DNA from: a virus
Virus record (IMG/VR): IMGVR_UViG_3300042937_001707
Location: 1-64,000 of that record
Strand: one strand, 5' to 3'
DNA: 64,000 nt
Position 1 is the first letter of the stretch; each line of letters opens with the position of its first letter. Positions 57,302 to 64,000 of the stretch are shown here, in pieces. The notes below the pieces were generated by a model. It had not been told where the DNA came from and searched no databases. It was given only the letters and a program-made list of their open reading frames with translations. The position numbers and the translations under genes are program-made.

Positions 57302-58024
57302 ATGCACCCAACCATACATTATAATGAACCGTTTGATTACTACATTATAGATGATTTTTTAGAACCATCTATCGCAAAAAAGATATCAGAAGAATTTATC
57401 CCATTTGAATCCACACATTGGTTCGATTATAATAATCCATTAGAAATAAAAAAAACTTTAAACAATTGGTATCATTTTCCAGAAACCACTTATAAGTTTT
57501 TTTCTTATCTAAATTCAAAAGAATTCGTAGAAATAATTCAAAATATAACAAAAACAAATAATCTATATACTGATATCGGATTACATGGTGCTGGCTGGCA
57601 CATTCATGGTAACGGTGGGAAATTGAATGTACATCTAGATTATTCAATTCACCCAAAATTAAAATTACAAAGAAAATATAATTTTATAATATATCTATCA
57701 CAGGAATGGAATCCAAAATGGGGAGGTAATTTAGAATTTTGGTCACACGATTTTCTAAACAAAAAACCAAAAGAAAAAATTGCCCAAGTGGATTGTATAT
57801 TCAATAGAGCAGTAATTTTTGACACTACCAAAAATTCTTGGCATGGGTTTAACGATCCCATAACTTGCCCAAATAATACATATAGAAAAAGTATTGCTTG
57901 TTATTACCTAACTGACCCAGAAGAAATCACAGAGGAACGATACAGAGCATTATATTCAGCATCAAAATCTCAAGAGAATGATAGAAACATTGAACAATTG
58001 ATTAAAAATAGAAGTAAACTATGA
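57302..58024 (+). CDS. 2OG-Fe(II) oxygenase (proline-hydroxylase-like)
   Basis: L.VHLD, IYL...W...WGG.LE.W, FNRAVIF, SWHG and RKS motifs. Confidence 0.85.
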   Translation: MHPTIHYNEPFDYYIIDDFLEPSIAKKISEEFIPFESTHWFDYNNPLEIKKTLNNWYHFPETTYKFFSYLNSKEFVEIIQNITKTNNLYTDIGLHGAGWHIHGNGGKLNVHLDYSIHPKLKLQRKYNFIIYLSQEWNPKWGGNLEFWSHDFLNKKPKEKIAQVDCIFNRAVIFDTTKNSWHGFNDPITCPNNTYRKSIACYYLTDPEEITEERYRALYSASKSQENDRNIEQLIKNRSKL

Positions 58025-59739
58025 ATAAAAAATGTAAAATTGTTATGATTACCATGTTTAAGAATGAAGCAAGATCCATAGAAAGAATGCTAAATTCTTG
58101 TTTACCTTTTGTAGATTACTATGTTCTTCAGAACAACGGATCGACAGACGGTTCCGATCAAATAGTAAAAGATTTCTTGATTAATAACGAGTTATCCGGA
58201 ACTTTATATGATGTAGAAGAAGGTTGGGTTGGATTTGGATGGAATAGAGATCATTTAATTCAAACATGTCAAGATATTGATCATGGATGTGATTGGATTT
58301 TAAAGATGGATTGCGACGAAGTTCTAGAAATTGACAGCAATTTTAATTGGGAGTTGTTAAGTGATAAATCTACCCAAGCATTTCATATTCCTGCAGTAAG
58401 TGGAACTTGTGTATATTATAGAGCATGGATGTGGAACGCAAACCTTCCTTGGAGATTTAATCACGATACTTGCCACGAAACAATATATTGCGAAATTCCG
58501 GAAATAGATAAAAACTTTGTGTGTAAAGACTTACCAAAATCTTTTAGACAAGTAGGATATAACGAAGGACAAAGTTGGTCGGTTCCTACAAAATTTATTT
58601 CAGACTCTTTAATCTTAGAAGAAAAAATGATTAAAGAAAACACAATACATTCCGATATATACCATTTTTGGTATATAGGCAAAAGTTATGCAGATGCTTA
58701 TCCATCAACAGCATTTCCTCTGGGAAAAACGCAGCAGAAAGAATATGCAAGAAGATGTATTTACTATTTTACTGAATATTTAAATTTAATACATGATTTT
58801 GAAAATACGAAAAAAGCAAAATTTATAGACGAAACTTCTTACATGTCACTAATTTTAATGGCAGAGGCATATATATTCTTAAATAAAGAAGACAACGCAA
58901 TAGAGTGTTATATTCTTGCAGAATCTTTTGCTCCAAAAAGAAATGATCATCTTTTTGGATTAGCAAGAATTTATAAACGTTTGAAGCAATATGAAGAAAT
59001 GTTACAAATCACTTCTGTAATGATTAACCCAGAAAGAAAAAACCCTTTCCCAGAATATTGTAATTTTATAGATTCTTCTTTATATATCAATGAAGAAAAT
59101 AATGTCGTAGAAGAACTTCATAATTTTGCATTATCACATAATACAAAAGAACAACATATTCCATTACCATTTTATATAAATTTAAATAAAGATAAAAATT
59201 TATTTGTAGTTGATAATTTTTATACCAATCCAGATGATGTCAGAGATTTTGCATTAAATTTTGTTGAATATAAAGAAGATTTAAATTGGTATAAAGGGTT
59301 AAGATCTACAGTAACATATAGACCAGATGGTATAAAAGAAGCATTTGAAGAAATAATAGGAAAAAAGATTTATAATTTCGAAGAACACGGATTTAATGGA
59401 GTTTTTCAGATAACAAGCGCAAAAGATCCCCAAGTATATCATTATGATGCACAAAAATGGGCAGCAATGATATATTTAACCCCAAATTCTCCGCTAGAAA
59501 GCGGAACAAGAACCCATAGATCCAAATTAAACGGAACAAAACACGCATCAGAACCAAACGTTGATTTTGCATTTAATGGCAATTTCTATGACAGCACTAA
59601 ATTTGAAATTATTGATAATGTGGGGAATATATACAATAGATTAGTAATAATGGATGCTCAAAATATCCATTCTGCTGGTCCATATTTTGGCTCTGCTATT
59701 CATGATAGTAGATTAACTCATTTATTTTTCTTCGATTAA
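58021..59739 (+). CDS. GT2 glycosyltransferase + TPR-like region + C-terminal 2OG-Fe(II) dioxygenase-like domain fusion
   Basis: M.KNE...I.R.L.S, GSTDG, F...R, DCDE and HE motifs; helical middle; VVDNFY.NPD.VR, HYD, YNRL, H and RL..LFFFD. Confidence 0.8.
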   Translation: MNKKCKIVMITMFKNEARSIERMLNSCLPFVDYYVLQNNGSTDGSDQIVKDFLINNELSGTLYDVEEGWVGFGWNRDHLIQTCQDIDHGCDWILKMDCDEVLEIDSNFNWELLSDKSTQAFHIPAVSGTCVYYRAWMWNANLPWRFNHDTCHETIYCEIPEIDKNFVCKDLPKSFRQVGYNEGQSWSVPTKFISDSLILEEKMIKENTIHSDIYHFWYIGKSYADAYPSTAFPLGKTQQKEYARRCIYYFTEYLNLIHDFENTKKAKFIDETSYMSLILMAEAYIFLNKEDNAIECYILAESFAPKRNDHLFGLARIYKRLKQYEEMLQITSVMINPERKNPFPEYCNFIDSSLYINEENNVVEELHNFALSHNTKEQHIPLPFYINLNKDKNLFVVDNFYTNPDDVRDFALNFVEYKEDLNWYKGLRSTVTYRPDGIKEAFEEIIGKKIYNFEEHGFNGVFQITSAKDPQVYHYDAQKWAAMIYLTPNSPLESGTRTHRSKLNGTKHASEPNVDFAFNGNFYDSTKFEIIDNVGNIYNRLVIMDAQNIHSAGPYFGSAIHDSRLTHLFFFD

Positions 59740-59741
59740 TT

Positions 59742-60998
59742 ATGAAATTTAGCATTATAACCCCAGAACATAATAAAAATAATCCGTATTTGATGGAATT
59801 GTTCGAATCCATAGAAAACCAAACTTATGAAAATTGGGAATGGGTAATATTATTAAATAATGGTTGCGAATTCGAAGACCTTCCAGAACAAATTTTATAC
59901 CATGATAAAGTAAATGTATACAAACTAGAAGAAACCAATTCAAATATTGGATTTATAAAAAATAAAGCATTTCATCTTGGGTCCGGAGATGTTTTAGTAG
60001 AAGTTGATCATGATGATATATTAATAAAAAATTGTTTAGAAAAATTATACGAAGTATATCAAGATGAAAACATGGGATTCGTATATAGCGATAATGCCGT
60101 CTTACATATGACCGATGAATTTTCCCCATATGACGCAAATCAAGGGTGGGAATATTCTATTTATAATTGGAAAGGTCGAGATTTAATTTCTATGAAAAGT
60201 TTCGAACCATCTTCTCAAAGTTTAGGTTATATTTGGTATGCTCCAGATCATGTCAGATCTTGGAGGTCTAATGTCTATAAAGAAATTGGAGGACACAATC
60301 CAGAATTATCAGTATGCGATGATCATGAATTATGTATTAGAACATATCTACACACTAAAATGAAAAGAATTCCGGAAGTTCTTTATATCTATAGAATTAC
60401 CGGGGAAAATACTTGGTTGGAAAGAAATCAAGAAATACAACAAAAAACAATAGAATTATTCAATAATTATATTCAACTTTTAGCAGAAAAAGATTGCGAA
60501 GAAAAAGGATTATTGAAAATTGATTTGGGAGGGGGTTTAAATCCGTATAAAGATTATAAAACCGTTGATATCACAGAATCTGCGGATTTTCAATACGATT
60601 TAAATGAAGGGATACCGTTACCAGATAATAGCGTAGGAGTTATCAATGCCAGTCATATATTAGAACATTTAAAAGATCCTATCAAATCTATGAGCGAAAT
60701 TCATAGGGTGTTATGTCATGGTGGATGGGCTTTTATAGAAATTCCAAGCACGGATGGAAGAGGAGCATTCCAAGACCCCACACATGTAAGTTTCTGGAAC
60801 GAAAATAGTTTTTTATATTATACCGATAAATATCTTGCTAATTTTATAAATAATAAATATATAAGATTTCAAGAATATTATAAACAAACATATTTTCCAA
60901 ATGAATGGTTACAACAAATAAATGTTTGTGTTACTTCCGCATATTTAACAGTTATTAAAGACGATTCTATCCGATACCCCGGATTTTTAAAAATATAA
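59742..60998 (+). CDS. GT2 glycosyltransferase + class I SAM methyltransferase fusion
   Basis: FSIITP, SI..QTY.NWEW, EVDHDD, VYSD, GG....DD.EL; DLGGG, DL..GIP..DNSV, H.LEH, EI.RVL..GG and AFQDPTH. Confidence 0.85.
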   Translation: MKFSIITPEHNKNNPYLMELFESIENQTYENWEWVILLNNGCEFEDLPEQILYHDKVNVYKLEETNSNIGFIKNKAFHLGSGDVLVEVDHDDILIKNCLEKLYEVYQDENMGFVYSDNAVLHMTDEFSPYDANQGWEYSIYNWKGRDLISMKSFEPSSQSLGYIWYAPDHVRSWRSNVYKEIGGHNPELSVCDDHELCIRTYLHTKMKRIPEVLYIYRITGENTWLERNQEIQQKTIELFNNYIQLLAEKDCEEKGLLKIDLGGGLNPYKDYKTVDITESADFQYDLNEGIPLPDNSVGVINASHILEHLKDPIKSMSEIHRVLCHGGWAFIEIPSTDGRGAFQDPTHVSFWNENSFLYYTDKYLANFINNKYIRFQEYYKQTYFPNEWLQQINVCVTSAYLTVIKDDSIRYPGFLKI

Positions 60999-61001
60999 AT
61001 A
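60994..61001 (+). promoter_or_regulatory. T4-type late promoter
   Basis: TATAAATA overlapping the upstream stop, 28 nt before ATG 61030. Confidence 0.65.
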
Positions 61002-61029
61002 CTAATATAAACAACTTATAGGTATCAAT

Positions 61030-61479
61030 ATGCCAAAATACAATCAATCAAACGTTTCAGGAGAATTGTGGAGAAGATCTCCTCAAATAATTTGTTATAA
61101 TAATTATAATCAAAATCCAGTAATACTTTTTGATGAAGAAGATATAATAGTATTGAATAATGGAGAATTTGCATCCAATAGAATCCAGTCAAAATTACAT
61201 CAAGAATTTAATTCTGATAACGCTAATACTGCATTTGAGTTGAGAAACCCGGAAACAGAAGAATATATAGGAACATTTGCAACATACAAAGATTTATACG
61301 TATTAATGTATTCTTTATATTTTCATTTGGCAAAGGAGAGAGACAAAGGACCACAACCATATCCAAGTTGGATATGGAACGACCAAACTAATTCGTGGGA
61401 TGCTCCTATCCCAAAACCGGAAGATGGACAAGAATATTATTGGGATGAAAGTTCTCAAGAATGGGTTATCGTTGCATAA
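61030..61479 (+). CDS. Hypothetical tail-associated protein with C-terminal PQPYPSW..W.AP..P...Y.WDE...W module
   Basis: Clean ORF; Trp/Pro motif common next to glycine-rich phage tail proteins. Confidence 0.6.
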   Translation: MPKYNQSNVSGELWRRSPQIICYNNYNQNPVILFDEEDIIVLNNGEFASNRIQSKLHQEFNSDNANTAFELRNPETEEYIGTFATYKDLYVLMYSLYFHLAKERDKGPQPYPSWIWNDQTNSWDAPIPKPEDGQEYYWDESSQEWVIVA

Positions 61480-61491
61480 GGAGAACTCATC

Positions 61492-62445
61492 ATGACAATG
61501 GTAGCGAGTGGATATATTGAATTAGGTCCAAACGCAGCAGCAGCTACACCAAACACCTCAATTGGAACAGAGTTAAAAAGAACTGCATATGCGTCAACAA
61601 ACTTAACAGAAACAGATTGTAGATATTTAGGTGGAATCAACACAGGACAAATAGGGTTTTCTAATTTTTATTCAAAATATGTGATACAAGGACAAACTTT
61701 TGCAACTAGCACCAGTGGAAATTGGACAGTGCCAACAGGAGTTTATTATGTCAGCATATTATGTATTGGCGCTGGCGGCGGAGGTGCAGCGCTTTCTGGA
61801 AGCACCACTTATTCTGGAGGCGGAGGTGCATTATCATATACAAATAACATACCAGTAACACCAGGAGAAGTTTTATCATATGTTGCAGCACCTATAACCG
61901 CAAGACAAGCGCAAGGAGGAACGTCTTCTGTTTCTAGGGGGGCAACTGTTCTTGTAAGTGCTGCTGGAGGAAGCCAATATGCAACAGGAGGTCAAGCTTC
62001 TGCTGGAGTTGGATCTGTTAAATATTCTGGAGGAAATGGGAATTCTTATACAGGTATAGGATCTGCTGGCGGTGGAGGTGCAGCCGGATATTCTGGAGTT
62101 GGAGGAACCGGAGGAAACCCATCCACACAAGCGGGAACTGCTGGATCTGGAGGAGGTGGCGGAGGTGGCGGAGGGTCGTCTTCATTCAGTACTGGTGGAG
62201 GCGGAGGAGGAGTAGGGAATATCGGAGAAGGACCAAGTGGTGCTGCTAGTGGGACAAACGGAGGAGCAGGAAAGGGCGGTTCCTATGGAACAGATGGAGT
62301 TGGTGGATTTCTTTTAGGTGGTGCTGGTGGAGGATATGGTGGAGGCGGTGGAAGTGATACAACAGGAACCGGTGGTGCTGGTCTGGTAAGGTTTATGTGG
62401 GGAGTAAACAGATATTACCCATCAACAAATACTGGAGTATTATAA
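61492..62445 (+). CDS. Glycine-rich virion/tail protein
   Basis: SG.WTVP.GV..VS.LCIGAGGGG, V.PG and long Gly-rich tracts. Confidence 0.75.
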   Translation: MTMVASGYIELGPNAAAATPNTSIGTELKRTAYASTNLTETDCRYLGGINTGQIGFSNFYSKYVIQGQTFATSTSGNWTVPTGVYYVSILCIGAGGGGAALSGSTTYSGGGGALSYTNNIPVTPGEVLSYVAAPITARQAQGGTSSVSRGATVLVSAAGGSQYATGGQASAGVGSVKYSGGNGNSYTGIGSAGGGGAAGYSGVGGTGGNPSTQAGTAGSGGGGGGGGGSSSFSTGGGGGGVGNIGEGPSGAASGTNGGAGKGGSYGTDGVGGFLLGGAGGGYGGGGGSDTTGTGGAGLVRFMWGVNRYYPSTNTGVL

Positions 62446-62571
62446 ATATTAATTAAAAAGAAGAATCTCCAAAATATTTACTACAACCTTTTATAAACAA
62501 TTCTGCTGGTTTAATAGAACTATTAGAATCAGACCCCCCTAATAAATTAATAGAATAACTTCTAAATTTCC

Positions 62572-62625
62572 TCCCTATCCTCGTTTTATAAATAATAGTA
62601 TAATTAACCGAGGATAGGGAATCGG
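62572..62625 (+). promoter_or_regulatory. 12-bp inverted repeat with a late promoter in its loop and the SD in its 3-prime arm
   Basis: TCCCTATCCTCG (62572-62583) / CGAGGATAGGGA (62609-62620); TATAAATA at 62587-62594. Confidence 0.65.
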
Positions 62626-62626
62626 A

Positions 62627-62695
62627 ATGTCAACTAAAAATTTTATCACTAAGCATGGTATAGATGTCAATTATAAGGTGTGTATCGATGATTAA
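62627..62695 (+). pseudogene. 22-codon remnant/mini-ORF paralogous to the 5-prime end of fibre gene 44589
   Basis: MSTKNFITKHGIDVNYKVCIDD versus MSTKKFTTRHGIDANYQDIVS; shared leader. Confidence 0.65.
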
Positions 62696-63005
62696 ATACT
62701 CATATAAAATAACAAAATTTAACATAAATCCAGATTCTAAACAACTAACTTCTGTTGAGTGGTGGTATGTCGGTAAAGAAAACGATTGTAAATATGAAAT
62801 TTATAACGTAACGCAATTAGACGTCAAAGGGAAAAAGTTTATTCCCCTAGAAAATTTACAAGAAAAAGAAGTAATTAAATTCATTGAAAGTTCTTTAGAC
62901 AAAGAATATATTAAATCAATGAAAGAAGTTATTACAATGGAAATCGATAAACAAAAAACTCCAGAAACAGTATCAATAACACCACCTTGGATAGAAAATG
63001 TCTAA
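62688..63005 (+). CDS. Small tail-fibre-associated protein
   Basis: V.W.Y.G, FIP.E.L....VI.FI and PPW motifs; likely start ATG 62688. Confidence 0.6.
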   Translation: MIKYSYKITKFNINPDSKQLTSVEWWYVGKENDCKYEIYNVTQLDVKGKKFIPLENLQEKEVIKFIESSLDKEYIKSMKEVITMEIDKQKTPETVSITPPWIENV

Positions 63006-63744
63006 CGTATCAACAAGAGACGAATTAAAAGATTATTGTTTAAGAAGACTTGGCTTTCCAGTAATTGAGATAAATGTATCTGAAGAGCAAATTGAGGATC
63101 GTTTGTCTGATTGTATGCAGTTTTACATTGATTATCATTATGATGCAACTTCTAAAGCATATTATAAACACACAATAACTCAAGAAGATATTGAAAATAG
63201 ATATATAACGGTTCCAGATTCATTAATTGGGGTTACTAGAATATTACCGCTGAACAATTTGCTGAGTAAGTCGTATATGTGGGATATTCGGTATCAACTA
63301 ATCCTCAACAACCTTTGGGATTTAACCTCTACTTCTATGGTTCCGTATACTATAGCAATGCAACATATTCGCGGATTAGAAATGTTGTTTAACGGCGAAA
63401 TTCCCATAAGGTTTCAAAGACATCAAAATAAAGTTAAGATTGATATGGGTTGGGGTACTGAACAATGTCCAGAAGGAACCGTTATTGTTATTGAAGGATA
63501 CCAAATAATAGACCCAGAAGAATACTCCGACGTGTTTAACGACCGTTGGATTAAAAGGTATTCTACAGCATTGATAAAACGTCAGTGGGGAGAAAATATG
63601 AAGAAATTCGGGCAAATTTCTCTACCGGGTGGCGTTACTTTAAATGGGGATAGAATATATCAAGAAGCAGTTGATGAAATTTCAACACTAGAAAACGAAA
63701 TGTTGGTTAAATATTCAGAACCGCCAGAATTCATGATTGGGTAG
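62998..63744 (+). CDS. gp13: Neck protein gp13
   Basis: R..LKDYCLR.LG.PVIEINV..EQ..DR and W.K.Y.TAL.K.QWG.N..KF....LPGGVT.NG motifs. Confidence 0.93.
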   Translation: MSNVSTRDELKDYCLRRLGFPVIEINVSEEQIEDRLSDCMQFYIDYHYDATSKAYYKHTITQEDIENRYITVPDSLIGVTRILPLNNLLSKSYMWDIRYQLILNNLWDLTSTSMVPYTIAMQHIRGLEMLFNGEIPIRFQRHQNKVKIDMGWGTEQCPEGTVIVIEGYQIIDPEEYSDVFNDRWIKRYSTALIKRQWGENMKKFGQISLPGGVTLNGDRIYQEAVDEISTLENEMLVKYSEPPEFMIG

Positions 63745-63750
63745 AAAATA

Positions 63751-64000
63751 ATGCCAACAAACCCATATTTCGATTTCTATAAGAATAGACCAGAACAAAA
63801 CCTCGTAGAAGATTTAATTCACGAGGCAGTTAAGATGTTCGGGTTTGATTGTTATTACATACCCAGAAATGAAGCTGCTGTATCTGATCTACTTTATGGC
63901 GATGACCCGTTAAAGAAATTTGATGCTGCATACCCTATGGAAGTGTATTTAACAAATTCTGTAGATCCCGGCATGAACAACGATTTCTTTTCTAAATTCG
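63751..64000 (+). CDS. gp14: Neck protein gp14 (partial, runs off the window)
   Basis: MPTNPYF...EQNLVEDLI.E.VKMFG.D.YY.PR...LYGDDP..KF..AY..E.Y; follows gp13. Confidence 0.88.
   Translation, partial: MPTNPYFDFYKNRPEQNLVEDLIHEAVKMFGFDCYYIPRNEAAVSDLLYGDDPLKKFDAAYPMEVYLTNSVDPGMNNDFFSKF

Noticed and set aside
12420-60852. TATAAATA copies inside coding regions (12420, 22350, 34003, 60845)
   Set aside because: Expected by chance in AT-rich DNA; only intergenic, correctly placed copies were called. 34003 may be real but cannot be supported.
34086-62445. Diversity-generating retroelement acting on fibre genes
   Set aside because: No reverse transcriptase in the window, and the repeat pairs seen do not differ specifically at adenines.
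62452-62630. Open minus-strand frame in the intergenic gap before the neck genes
   Set aside because: No ATG start within the open frame and no recognisable product.
1-64000. Stop-codon reassignment
   Set aside because: Conserved genes are full length in code 11 and end properly at TAG (phoH, gp25, gp13) and TGA (gp27-like, collagen 3).
1-64000. tRNA, rRNA, introns or inteins
   Set aside because: No cloverleaf or rRNA-like segment seen, intergenic gaps are short, and core genes show no intein or intron interruptions.

Overview
This 64-kb, AT-rich window is from a large T4-like myophage with cyanophage-like gene order, using the standard genetic code. Positions 1-7 kb hold a putative internal head protein, a pyrimidine-dimer glycosylase, PhoH, an inverted GIY-YIG homing endonuclease, an exonuclease, RlpA and gp33-gp59-gp32. 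An inverted block at 7-12.4 kb carries a tape-measure-like protein with two muralytic domains, gp51, gp26, gp54, gp2 and gp4. The baseplate operon (gp48, 53, 27, 5, 25, 6, 7, 8) follows, then about 35 kb of fibre/appendage genes, ending at the neck genes gp13 and gp14. Four observations stand out. (1) An operon of three collagen-like fibre genes whose Gly-X-Y domains all start at Gly36 and are length-matched (384/389/384 aa) despite different repeat order. It is followed directly by two 2OG-Fe(II) hydroxylases, a GT2-TPR-dioxygenase fusion and a GT2-methyltransferase, making a candidate heterotrimeric collagen fibre with its own modification pathway. (2) A T TTT TTA slippery site that could fuse gp26 to gp51 by -1 frameshifting, just upstream of the tape-measure-like gene. 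(3) Recurring short terminal motifs that suggest plug-and-socket assembly of branched fibres. (4) Structured late-gene leaders, including a duplicated promoter/leader/N-terminus remnant. All functional calls come from motif recognition and synteny; no database searches were run.
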